DNA from: Candidatus Nanohaloarchaea archaeon
GTDB taxonomy: Archaea > Nanohalarchaeota > Nanosalinia > Nanosalinales > Nanosalinaceae
Length of the DNA stretch: 41,648 bases
Assembly: GCA_046497485.1 (NCBI GenBank)
Contig: JAWOFP010000009.1
Coordinates: forward strand, 1 to 41,648
Direction of reading: 5' to 3'
Shown here: piece by piece, positions 29,089 through 37,880 of the stretch
How the letters are laid out: every line of letters begins with the position of its first letter
How positions within the stretch are numbered: the stretch's first letter is position 1
The notes under the pieces: generated by a model
Told to the model about the DNA's origin: nothing
Database searches by the model: none
What the model saw: only the letters and a program-made list of their open reading frames with translations
Position numbers and translations under genes: made by a program

Positions 29089-29706
29089 TCACCATGTTGG
29101 GCTGTACTCCGATCTGCCGCTTTGTCCAATGGATTTTTCGACCCCGAATTTCTCTCTCATCAAGTCATGGATTCTCAAACACACTTCTTCAGATTCTTCT
29201 TCATATCTTTCAATTTCTCTATGGTAGAACTTGTTGTGCCATATTCCGACTAGAACTTTGTAAAACTTGCTTCTCTGGAAACGAGATTCGTGTTCCGCCA
29301 TCAGGCCTCCTCCTTTTGGATCTCTGAAAGGCTTTCTCATAGGTGCTTTAGGCTCCCAGGAAAGCTGATTTCTTCCAGGATAATGGCTTATAACTGTTGC
29401 TGAAGTTGTGACACGAGCCTTAAGTATATCGTCGTCTCTATCCTGTTTGTAAATCATTTTAGGGCTTTTTGCACGGAACTCTAAATTATATTCAATTAAT
29501 GTGTGAGGGCTCTTCTCCTTGTAAGCGTAGAGGCGCGTCTTATCCTTAGGGCTGGAGACGCTGAATTCATTACGCATCTCTTCAATTCTATCAACATCAA
29601 ATTCGTTTACAAGCAGGTCTTTCAGGCCTCTATAGATTCTGTTTGGATCTTCCTTTACGAAAAAGTGATCCTGTTTGTAAAAATGGCCGTCCTCAAATTT
29701 AACCAT
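29089..29706 (-). CDS. Hypothetical protein (paralogue B)
   Basis: EDPNRIYRGLKDLL versus EDAESAYSELRDLL in paralogue A. Confidence 0.8.
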   Translation of the reverse strand: MVKFEDGHFYKQDHFFVKEDPNRIYRGLKDLLVNEFDVDRIEEMRNEFSVSSPKDKTRLYAYKEKSPHTLIEYNLEFRAKSPKMIYKQDRDDDILKARVTTSATVISHYPGRNQLSWEPKAPMRKPFRDPKGGGLMAEHESRFQRSKFYKVLVGIWHNKFYHREIERYEEESEEVCLRIHDLMREKFGVEKSIGQSGRSEYSPTW

Positions 29707-29709
29707 TTT

Positions 29710-30156
29710 TTAGGCCTCCAATGTCTCTCTAATTCTTTCCATCAAGGTTTCAAGTTTCTCTTCAACCGCGTGTTCGTATCCGTGTCTAACCCCTCCGTAA
29801 AGAAATTTGTCGAACAGACTTCTGTAGGCGTAATACCAGATAGTTTTCTGGTATGCAAATTTCTCAGGATATTCTGTGACAAGTTTTGACTTTATTTGAA
29901 AGTCTACTTCGTTTTTCGCTGGAGTTATTGTAACATGAATCTCTAAATTTTCAGCTGTAAACTTGTCAAAACCTTCTTCAGTTACAATCTTGGCTCTGAT
30001 CTTTCCTTCATCTACATCGTTGAAATATTTTTCTTCAGCCACATGGTCAAAACTCATCTTTGAGTCAAGAAGGTCTCTAAGCTCCGAATAAGCAGATTCT
30101 GCGTCTTCGACGACTATAGTTTGCCGTCTTCTTTCAACCTCCTCAACTATCTTCAT
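29710..30156 (-). CDS. Hypothetical protein (paralogue A)
   Basis: First of three genes separated by 3-7 bp; TTTTATTT about 27 nt upstream. Confidence 0.8.
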   Translation of the reverse strand: MKIVEEVERRRQTIVVEDAESAYSELRDLLDSKMSFDHVAEEKYFNDVDEGKIRAKIVTEEGFDKFTAENLEIHVTITPAKNEVDFQIKSKLVTEYPEKFAYQKTIWYYAYRSLFDKFLYGGVRHGYEHAVEEKLETLMERIRETLEA

Positions 30157-30198
30157 ACTAGATACATAGTTTAGAAGTAAAATAAAAGGAATGGGTTT

Positions 30199-30732
30199 TT
30201 ACGAACGGCATTCCTCGCAGAGAAGAAGGCCTCCAATGTTCTTCAGATCTTCACTGTAGTTCTCGCATTCCTCACAGTTACCGCTCTGAGATTCAGGCCT
30301 TGGATCAGCTTCAGCGTCCATCTCGATCTCTTCTTCCATGATTTCGGCGAATCCAGGCCATGCACGCAGAATATCGCTCTGTGTCACGATTCCGACAAGC
30401 ATTTCTCCATCGACTACAGGTACTCTGGAGATGTTGTTCTTGGCCATAGCCATCGCTACCTCATCCAAGTATTCGTCTGCTTCCGCTACGATCAGATCTG
30501 TGCTCATCACATCTTCGACAGTTACCTTATCAGGATTGAGGCATTCTGATACTACCTGGTATACTATATCGCGGCATACTATTATTCCTACCGCGTCTCC
30601 TCCGTCCACAACTACAAGACCTCTAATATATTCTTCTTCAAGCAGGTCAGCGGCCTCTCTTATCTTCTTGTCTTTTTCAATTGCTATTACGCCGTCCGTC
30701 ATGACTTCCTGAATCTCAACTTTGTCTTCCAT
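30199..30732 (-). CDS. CBS-pair protein with C-terminal zinc ribbon
   Basis: Two CBS domains (GIIVCRDI, ISRVPVVD..GIVTQSDI) and CEEC-x15-CEEC. Confidence 0.92.
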   Translation of the reverse strand: MEDKVEIQEVMTDGVIAIEKDKKIREAADLLEEEYIRGLVVVDGGDAVGIIVCRDIVYQVVSECLNPDKVTVEDVMSTDLIVAEADEYLDEVAMAMAKNNISRVPVVDGEMLVGIVTQSDILRAWPGFAEIMEEEIEMDAEADPRPESQSGNCEECENYSEDLKNIGGLLLCEECRS

Positions 30733-30846
30733 AATAAATGAGTAAGAGATGAAACCTAATTAATCTTGTGCATTTAGATCTGAAAAACCAGATATATCTG
30801 AAAAATAGAGTTCTAAGAAGAAATTAAAGAAAATTTAAGGCCTTAT

Positions 30847-31227
30847 CTAGTTTCCTGGAACTCCTATGGCTTCGACATCTGTATATCCTGCTCTTTCCAG
30901 AACAAAAGATACTAGAAGTGATGCTAACCACGCGAAGACTGCTATCTGTAAGGCCGTAATCCATCCGCCCGGATAAAGCCAGTTAATAGCACCTAACCAT
31001 GCTATAAATGTTACTGTTGCTCCAATTAATGGAATCCATCCGAAAAAGAAGCTTGCTAATGCCCAGACAACTGCTCCAATAAATGCCGCAACTATAGCTG
31101 TTGAAATACTGGCTTGTCCAAGAGTTATCCATGCTCCTGCATATATTCCTAGGCCTCCTGCTATCAAACCTATTAGAAATGTCAGTAAGCTGTTTTCGCC
31201 TTTACTGTTATTCGCCATAATCACCAT
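30847..31227 (-). CDS. Small 4-TM membrane protein
   Basis: G/A-rich hydrophobic segments, YPGGW motif, AIGVPG end. Confidence 0.75.
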   Translation of the reverse strand: MVIMANNSKGENSLLTFLIGLIAGGLGIYAGAWITLGQASISTAIVAAFIGAVVWALASFFFGWIPLIGATVTFIAWLGAINWLYPGGWITALQIAVFAWLASLLVSFVLERAGYTDVEAIGVPGN

Positions 31228-31322
31228 ATGGCTAATAACTATAAAGAGTTTATTTTAGTTCTAACAATGCATTTTATCGCATTATTACCGCCAACTTACC
31301 TAGAAAACATCTATTAGCGAAC

Positions 31323-32906
31323 TTAAAGTTCTTCCTTTAACTGTGAAATCCATTTATCTGCTAAAAAGACTGTTTCACCAGAAATATTTCTATCGCTGAA
31401 TTCATCGCTTCTGCTTGGCTGTTCGCCAGACCTATGAGAGTCCGAACCAAAAGTGTACTCATCCAACATTTCCCAGAAAACAGACGGATGCTGTCTCTCA
31501 ACACCTTTGCCATTTATCTCGAAGATAAAATTGTCTTCCGACTCAGCAGCTTCTATCATTGGGTCGTAAAACTCTTCAAGAGCTTCTCCAGGATATAAAC
31601 TAGATAAGGCGTTTTGCCCCAAAAAGCCATCTACATCATGCCTAGTAATATCTTTATCCAATACCCTCTCCAAATCATTCCTAATCTCCTCTTTAGTTGT
31701 CAGACCTTGCTCCTCTCTGAAGTGATCCATCAACACTTCATTGCGCTCTATCAAAGTCGGATGAGCACCGACCGCAAATGGTCCGGGCCTTGCTATATCA
31801 AGAGAAAGATTTAATTCCTCCGATACAAACTCTTCATTTTCCCAATCTTCAGACCCATCTAGGCCTCCAAACCCGTAAATAAAGTTCTCTAAATCGCGTC
31901 TCTCAGATTCATCCATTAACTCTTCTGAAACCCTAGGCACCGATAAATCAGCAAGTTTTGGAGCAAAAGACTTGATCTTAGTAATCTCTTTCTCTCTATA
32001 AAATTCTAAAACCTCTTCAATACTCATTCCATCTTCAGAGTCCATATCTTCAAATAATTCATCTTTTTTCACATATTTGGGCGTAAAAAATGTGTTGACA
32101 TAATGCGAGCTAAGTAATACATAGTTGTAACCTGCGTTCGCAGACTCAGCTTCTTTTAAGAAATCTATTAACTCTTCTTCGTAGCTGTCTACTGCTTCTT
32201 GCTTGTTCTCCAGAGCTAATTCGATTGCAGGATTGTAGTCAAGCTCTATACCGTGAGGGATTATCATTGAGTAGTTTAATCCAGCATCTAAAAATGAGTC
32301 AGGCTCCTTTAACGAACTCTCAAGACCTCCATCCGTGCCTACACCCGTACTAGGACCACTATATACTGTATCAGCAGCTTCACCTAGATCCGGTATTATG
32401 TCGAGCGCCTCTAGCAGCTCTCCGGCATAGTAATCAGAAGTATTATAGCGATCGGATAGACCTTGACTTAGCTCGTCTATTATCTCTAAATATTCTTCCG
32501 GACCGTAAGGTTCTGGAACTGCTTTATCAAGCTGTTTTATTGTCTCCAAATCTTCTCTAACTTTTTCTATATCGGTATCCGTAAGAGGTGTCGCCCCCTC
32601 TAAATCCTCCGCCACTTCTCTAATATTCTCAAATTTTCTAACATAACTTTCTTTAGATGTATAAGGAAGATCTTCCCATTCGGAGTCTTTTAGAAAAGTT
32701 GTTGGATGATTAATATCCTCATCAACAGGGTTTCCGTGCTCAATAACGCCTTTTTCATACAACGCATAATTAAAGGCCTCCCGTAGAGACTCACCTATGG
32801 ATAAATTTCCATCTGTGTAATCTGAGTGCGGGTGGTTATCCAACGCCTTTTTTATTGGTAATATGCCTCTCTCAGCTAGAGGGAATCTGGCTCCTTTCTT
32901 ACTCAT
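31323..32906 (-). CDS. PHP-domain phosphoesterase with large insertions
   Basis: DNHPHSDYTDG, GIELDY, LSSHY, AHP, FEING, GSDSH in PHP order. Confidence 0.8.
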   Translation of the reverse strand: MSKKGARFPLAERGILPIKKALDNHPHSDYTDGNLSIGESLREAFNYALYEKGVIEHGNPVDEDINHPTTFLKDSEWEDLPYTSKESYVRKFENIREVAEDLEGATPLTDTDIEKVREDLETIKQLDKAVPEPYGPEEYLEIIDELSQGLSDRYNTSDYYAGELLEALDIIPDLGEAADTVYSGPSTGVGTDGGLESSLKEPDSFLDAGLNYSMIIPHGIELDYNPAIELALENKQEAVDSYEEELIDFLKEAESANAGYNYVLLSSHYVNTFFTPKYVKKDELFEDMDSEDGMSIEEVLEFYREKEITKIKSFAPKLADLSVPRVSEELMDESERRDLENFIYGFGGLDGSEDWENEEFVSEELNLSLDIARPGPFAVGAHPTLIERNEVLMDHFREEQGLTTKEEIRNDLERVLDKDITRHDVDGFLGQNALSSLYPGEALEEFYDPMIEAAESEDNFIFEINGKGVERQHPSVFWEMLDEYTFGSDSHRSGEQPSRSDEFSDRNISGETVFLADKWISQLKEEL

Positions 32907-33003
32907 ATCTGTTACTGAATATATACTTTACTCCCTCTATAGATAATAACTCATACAGAAAAATACATGCAAAGATTTACACCATAGCAAGGGATATCTT
33001 TAT

Positions 33004-33501
33004 TTAGGCCTCTTCAGAAGCTTTAATCTGCGAATAAACTTCTTTGATCTCTATTAAGATAAGCAGTACTCCTGGCACAATTATCAAAGCCATGAATCCG
33101 TTTGTTGTGCCTGCCCAGGCCGTAGCATAACCTAAGAACGGTATTGAAAATAATTTTACCCCTGTTAATTCTCCCGCTGTAACTGTACCTGGATCAGGGG
33201 CTTCATTATTCACTCCTTGTGTCACAAAGGTTATCCCCTCATCCGTATTATTTTTTCTAATTACCTTGTGCGTGGTATATTCGCCGTCTTCTTGGAAGGT
33301 AATAGTGTCTCCGACTATTACTCTTTCAGCGGCTACAGGCCTAGTGAAAAGCAGTGAACCTGTCTCAATCTCCGGCTCCATCGAACCTGAAGTAACTATA
33401 AAACCATCATAAACCGGTATATACTGGCCTAAACCATAAGCGATAAACGGCGAAAGAATTACCAGAACAATTATCCAGAACAGGCCTGATCTGTAATTCA
33501 T
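33004..33501 (-). CDS. sipW: Signal peptidase I, SipW/SEC11 type (S26B)
   Basis: VTSGSMEP (catalytic Ser), GDTITF, TTHKV (His), TQGVNN..PD, IPFLGY. Confidence 0.9.
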   Translation of the reverse strand: MNYRSGLFWIIVLVILSPFIAYGLGQYIPVYDGFIVTSGSMEPEIETGSLLFTRPVAAERVIVGDTITFQEDGEYTTHKVIRKNNTDEGITFVTQGVNNEAPDPGTVTAGELTGVKLFSIPFLGYATAWAGTTNGFMALIIVPGVLLILIEIKEVYSQIKASEEA

Positions 33502-33806
33502 TATTCGATTACTGCCTCTCCACGATGTCTTTCAACTTCTCCATTAGATTTTTCTACCACTAGCGTAACATTATGTCTTCCCTCAGAGAAGTTCTGCCTT
33601 ACCATACTTCCATACGCTGTTTTATTTTCCCCAAACTCCCAGTAAATCTCTTCAATAGAAGGCTCTTCTGTCTGATGTGCGTCGGTGAAGCTGCCAGTCA
33701 GGCCTTCGACAATATTATCTGTGCTGTATAACCCTATTCCTACCAATGTGAACGCAAGAAGGGCTAAAACCAGAATAGCCGAAGGAAGTTTTTTGTCTTG
33801 AGTCAT
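33501..33806 (-). CDS. Small secreted protein with possible SipW-type signal peptide
   Basis: Start MTQDKK at 33806; hydrophobic helix then TGSFTD; PKD-like fragment (YWEFG...GRHNVTLVV). Confidence 0.65.
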   Translation of the reverse strand: MTQDKKLPSAILVLALLAFTLVGIGLYSTDNIVEGLTGSFTDAHQTEEPSIEEIYWEFGENKTAYGSMVRQNFSEGRHNVTLVVEKSNGEVERHRGEAVIE

Positions 33807-33839
33807 ATCAAAAAATTGTTTTGGAAAAGGGTTATGGAT

Positions 33840-33854
33840 TGTTACATTGTAACA
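33840..33854. promoter_or_regulatory. Palindrome TGTTACA-T-TGTAACA, possible operator
   Basis: Perfect 7-1-7 inverted repeat 34 nt upstream of the 33806 start. Confidence 0.4.
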
Positions 33855-33875
33855 TATATCCTTCACTGCTTCTGT

Positions 33876-33924
33876 AAAGAAGAAATAAGGAGAGAAAGAA
33901 GGAGGGGAGGCCTCCTCCCTCTCC
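33876..33924 (-). terminator. Hairpin plus pyrimidine tract after the TasA-like gene
   Basis: Minus strand GGAGAGGGAGGAGGCCTCCCCTCC followed by TTCTTTCTCTCCTTATTTCTTCTTT. Confidence 0.5.
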
Positions 33925-33971
33925 AAAATGGCGTTAAATGAGTTTAAAGTCTCAGCTTGATCGCTGGGACT

Positions 33972-35852
33972 TTATTGTCCAGATTCTGATTCTAGGCCTG
34001 TGATGTTTGCGGTCTCTGCGAACAGAGATGCTGAGGCTGTTGAGTCAGATAGTGTGTCTCCTAGACTGTACGAAGAACTGATGTTCTCCGTTGGAATAAT
34101 GTGTGCTGTGTAGTCTCCGGATCTTTCCGGTCCTTCAAGCTCGATTTCCATTCCATCAAAGTCTTCGATGTTGCTGGCGCCGTGTGCTCCAGCGTTCACT
34201 AAGCCGTCTTCAGATTCGTAAGTTACGAATACTGTCGAGGCCTGGTTAGTTGTTACATCGTTGACTTCTACTGTTCCTTCTTCAGTTACATTCTGATCGC
34301 TGAATGATAGAGTGTCTGATGGTTCTGTTTCTTCATCCATGAACTGGTCGTTGTAAGCCTGATCTACTTCTGATTTCGAGTCAGAGCTTATTTCATCGTA
34401 ATCCATTTCGAACTTATCCTGAGAGATCTCGTCTCTAGTCATAAGATCTCCTAGTTCTAGGCCTTCAGCGAAAGGCTGGTTGTTGAATAGTTCTTCAACT
34501 TCACATCTGGTCTCGCTGCTGAGATCTTCAAAGTCATATCCGTACATTGCCTGTCCGATCTCGTCTGCGGTGTGTTCCATGCTTGAGTTCTGTGGTTCTT
34601 CACATACTGTCTCGCCGTTGTCGTCTCCGTTGTCTCCTTCAGATTCGTTTGGATCTTCTGCTTCGTCTTCACAGCTACCCGGGTTGTCTGATTCTCCGTC
34701 GTTGACATCAGGTATATCTACTGTCATGCAGTGTGATCCTGGACTGAATGTTTCTGTTTCGCTGTCGAAAATCTCTTGTTCGTCAGCTCTATCTTCTATC
34801 CATCCTGCGTAAGGTTTCTCGTAGGATACTAGAGATAGTTCGATGTCTTCACAGCTTGAGTCGTTGTGTACATCAAATTCTACGCTCATTGTGTCTTCAT
34901 CGAGATCTGTAGTGAATGCGTTACTGTCTACGCAGTCCTCTCCTCCTGATGCTGAGAAGACTTGGTCGGATTCTGACTCGTTATCTACAGGGTTGTCAGG
35001 TCCTCCGTGTGCGTACCTTTGCATTCTCTGTGCTTCAGAGTAACTTTCTTCGCTAAGGTCTTCCTGTGGTTCTCCTTCTACGAAATCAACCTGGTAAAAT
35101 TCGTTTTCAGGTGTCTCGTTTACAGGTTCCTCAGGTTCTTCTGTGTCGTTCTCAGAGTCCCATGGGTTATCCGGGTTGTCATTATGTCTTCTCTGCTCTG
35201 TGTAGAACTCTACATCGTAGCTAACTGAGTCTCCCTGAATGTGGTTTCCTGTCTCTAATGGCAGGTTCCATTTCATTCCTATATATCCTGTCTCTTCTCC
35301 TGCGAATGGTTCTGTCTCATTCGTTGATGTGTCTCCGTCAAGAAGTAGGCCTTCTGCTGTGCTCTGTTCTTCAAGTTCCTGTGCTGTTCCCTCGAAGATC
35401 ACATTTTCGTCATCCTGTAGGACATTGTCTCCATCGTCCGCCCAGATAACGAATTCAAGCTCTTCGTCAAGCTCTCCTTCACTTCCACATTGTCCTTCAG
35501 CTTTCCTTTCAGGCTCTGTACATGCGTTGTCCCAGTTAGATGTCTGGTTTAAATTCATCCAGATCCATCCGGGATTGTCTTCTAGGTGAAGACTGATTGT
35601 TGCTTCACCATGGTCTCCTGGCTTTAAGTCTTCAAAGTCGAAGATCGCTCCAGGATCGTTTGTCAAATTTTGTGTCTCTACATGTTCGCCGTTATAACTC
35701 TCTTCCCAATCAACTTTGAGATCAAGTTCTCCGGCCGTAAATTGATTGCCTTGACTGGTCTCCGTATCATTGAACATAGCCATAGTAGTACTTCCTAATC
35801 CTATTCCTACCAGGCCTATAATGATAAGCGAAGCCAGTATATGTTTATTCAT
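33972..35852 (-). CDS. TasA/CalY-like protein with SipW-dependent signal peptide and extra C-terminal domains
   Basis: Start MNKHIL at 35852 with SD GAGGTGAT; TMAMFNDTETSQGNQFTAGELDL, DLKPGD, GNHIQGDS; sipW downstream. Confidence 0.85.
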   Translation of the reverse strand: MNKHILASLIIIGLVGIGLGSTTMAMFNDTETSQGNQFTAGELDLKVDWEESYNGEHVETQNLTNDPGAIFDFEDLKPGDHGEATISLHLEDNPGWIWMNLNQTSNWDNACTEPERKAEGQCGSEGELDEELEFVIWADDGDNVLQDDENVIFEGTAQELEEQSTAEGLLLDGDTSTNETEPFAGEETGYIGMKWNLPLETGNHIQGDSVSYDVEFYTEQRRHNDNPDNPWDSENDTEEPEEPVNETPENEFYQVDFVEGEPQEDLSEESYSEAQRMQRYAHGGPDNPVDNESESDQVFSASGGEDCVDSNAFTTDLDEDTMSVEFDVHNDSSCEDIELSLVSYEKPYAGWIEDRADEQEIFDSETETFSPGSHCMTVDIPDVNDGESDNPGSCEDEAEDPNESEGDNGDDNGETVCEEPQNSSMEHTADEIGQAMYGYDFEDLSSETRCEVEELFNNQPFAEGLELGDLMTRDEISQDKFEMDYDEISSDSKSEVDQAYNDQFMDEETEPSDTLSFSDQNVTEEGTVEVNDVTTNQASTVFVTYESEDGLVNAGAHGASNIEDFDGMEIELEGPERSGDYTAHIIPTENISSSYSLGDTLSDSTASASLFAETANITGLESESGQ

Positions 35853-35874
35853 TGTGTAATCACCTCTTGTTTTG

Positions 35875-36093
35875 TTAAATGCGGTTTTGAATTGGTTCAA
35901 TCTCTTTCTGATTGATATCTGTCTTAGTTTCAATGTGCTTTTCAACACGATCTTTTTCCGTAGATGTGGTCTGAAGTGCTTCGAGTTCTACCTCAAAGTC
36001 TTGAAAATTCGGTTTAATGCTGTCCACCTCCTTCAAATTGTGGAAATTTAAGGTTTTAAGGTGTAGATAAGACTCTACAAGTTTTTCAGGCAT
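35875..36093 (-). CDS. Possible small hypothetical protein
   Basis: 72-aa charged ORF occupying otherwise empty space upstream of the TasA-like gene. Confidence 0.3.
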   Translation of the reverse strand: MPEKLVESYLHLKTLNFHNLKEVDSIKPNFQDFEVELEALQTTSTEKDRVEKHIETKTDINQKEIEPIQNRI

Positions 36094-36215
36094 CCAGAAT
36101 CTATCTCAGGTTTACCTCCATACCTAAACATGTGCATCCTCCTTATAACCAATTATTACAGCTAGAAATAGGCAAATAACCGTATATATACAGTAAAAAA
36201 TATATGAAAATTTAC

Positions 36216-36506
36216 TTAGTTCCGGTTTTCTTCTCTAAAGGCCTCTATTAAATCTAAAAACTTGTCAGAAAACTCTCTACCCTTAGGTGTTAGCTCCAGA
36301 ATCTTTTTCCGGCCTTTTTTCTTACTTCTTACAAAACCGTCTTCTTCCATCCTTGAAATCGTCTTCACAGTGTGAGCATATGTAGTATCTATCTTCTTCG
36401 AAATCATGCTACAGTAGATTTCATCGCGGGCTCTCCTTATTGTAACCAATGCCATCACCGGCTTCTCTTTCAAATAGAAGCTTTGCAACTCATTTGATTC
36501 TGTCAT
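36216..36506 (-). CDS. Winged-helix (MarR-like) DNA-binding protein
   Basis: YCSMISKKIDTTYAHTVKTI...KKGRKKILELTPKG. Confidence 0.85.
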   Translation of the reverse strand: MTESNELQSFYLKEKPVMALVTIRRARDEIYCSMISKKIDTTYAHTVKTISRMEEDGFVRSKKKGRKKILELTPKGREFSDKFLDLIEAFREENRN

Positions 36507-37111
36507 TTGATTAGCTCGCTTGCTTTTTTATCGCGATTTATCAATTCTTTGTTAGGGAACTCTTCCCCCATTCCAACACAGACTCCGAAAACATGCTCTG
36601 CTCCGCCGTCTATGAGCTTTTCAGCACCATGAAGCAATGACATCCCGCTTAACGAAATATTATCAACCAGTATAACATTTTTTCCTTCAACACCCTCTAC
36701 TCCTATAGATCCTTCCAGATTCAAGGTCTTAGCTTTCTCGGTATCAAGCTCATGATTTTCCCGAATAGTCTTAGTCCTCTCTACTACCTGATCATATTTG
36801 ATGCCAAGTTCCGATGCTAAGCTCTTCAAAAGCATTTGCATATGCTGATTTACCTCACCTTGGACATGCGTAGGATATAATGTCATCAAATCCCAGTCAA
36901 TTTCATCATCTATGAACCGGGATTTCAGAAGAGACTTGAGACTTTTATGAAATTCTTTCTCTATCTCTTCATCTCCGTAAACATAGAACCACACCTGTTT
37001 CCTCGAAAACTCGTCCTGGCCCTGATCCTTTTTGTACTCATCTAAGGCTAGAACCGAGCATTCATTTCTATAGTACTTGATGTCTACGGTGCCAAAATAA
37101 TCCTTTTCCAT
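36503..37111 (-). CDS. Phosphoribosyltransferase-fold protein (ComF-like)
   Basis: GKNVILVDNISLSGMSL...GAEHV PRPP-loop pattern. Confidence 0.75.
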   Translation of the reverse strand: MEKDYFGTVDIKYYRNECSVLALDEYKKDQGQDEFSRKQVWFYVYGDEEIEKEFHKSLKSLLKSRFIDDEIDWDLMTLYPTHVQGEVNQHMQMLLKSLASELGIKYDQVVERTKTIRENHELDTEKAKTLNLEGSIGVEGVEGKNVILVDNISLSGMSLLHGAEKLIDGGAEHVFGVCVGMGEEFPNKELINRDKKASELIK

Positions 37112-37163
37112 AATTATATGTTATATAGGAGTATTATAACGATGTATATGGAATATAACATGT

Positions 37164-37787
37164 TTATCTTATCAATTGTATATTATAATATTCTATCTCT
37201 AAGCCTTTTTGGTTTTGCTCATAGCAGCTGTCTGGAGAACTCAGGAAAGGAATTTCTTTAAGATAAAAAACCTCATCGACCACTTTTTCAATGTCTGCCA
37301 TCACATTTCTCGACTTGAAAGGCGCAGCAAGATGAATTTCCTCGAAACCTTTTTTGAGCAAAGACCCCGCAACCGCTGCTTCTCTAAAACCGCTCCCAAG
37401 TCCTTCACTGGCTATAACTGCGCTTCCTTTCGGTTTCAGACTTGTTTTCTGATTCAGGCCTATCGAGCTACCGCCTAAAGAACTTGAAGTCAGTTCAGCA
37501 GACTCCTCAATGTAAGACCTTTCAACACCTAACTCATCAACAAGCCGATCTTCCACCCAGATAGTACCGTCTTCAACGACCGCTCCTACATCAGCGTACG
37601 GTATATCCTCAGCTGAAATAAAGTCCGATAAAAGAACCTCAACATCAGCATTCTGCTCCTTTGCAATCTCCAGGCCTATATCCAAGGCCTCAGCATAAGG
37701 TATAACAACCAGATCGACTTCTGCTTTACCTTTAAGAAAATTTGATACTTCTCTACCTGCATGACTGCGATCATCAAATAAGCTCAT
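37164..37787 (-). CDS. Phosphoribosyltransferase-like protein, degenerate
   Basis: FDDRSHAGR start, GAVVEDG, IASEGLGSG in the place of VDDGxATG, LAAP. Confidence 0.7.
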   Translation of the reverse strand: MSLFDDRSHAGREVSNFLKGKAEVDLVVIPYAEALDIGLEIAKEQNADVEVLLSDFISAEDIPYADVGAVVEDGTIWVEDRLVDELGVERSYIEESAELTSSSLGGSSIGLNQKTSLKPKGSAVIASEGLGSGFREAAVAGSLLKKGFEEIHLAAPFKSRNVMADIEKVVDEVFYLKEIPFLSSPDSCYEQNQKGLEIEYYNIQLIR

Positions 37788-37880
37788 ACCTATAAAATAT
37801 ATTCTCTGTTATAAAACCAGTCTTACAGAGAAATAACTAGGAAGAAATACCTGCATAAATATGCATATGACAGAGAAGGT

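Noticed and set aside
8967..35948. Long N-terminal extensions in the ORF track (8967, 22443, 33926, 35948)
   Set aside because: They overlap other genes or regulatory DNA; downstream ATGs have TATA or SD support or give proper N-terminal signal or TM segments.
35853..36215. CRISPR-like GTTTCAAT fragments upstream of the TasA-like gene
   Set aside because: No regularly spaced repeats and no cas genes; only a short TCAATC/GATTGA inverted repeat.
37151..37170. Third dif-like site (ATATAA-CATGT-TTATCT)
   Set aside because: Different spacer and mismatched arms in AT-rich DNA; likely chance.
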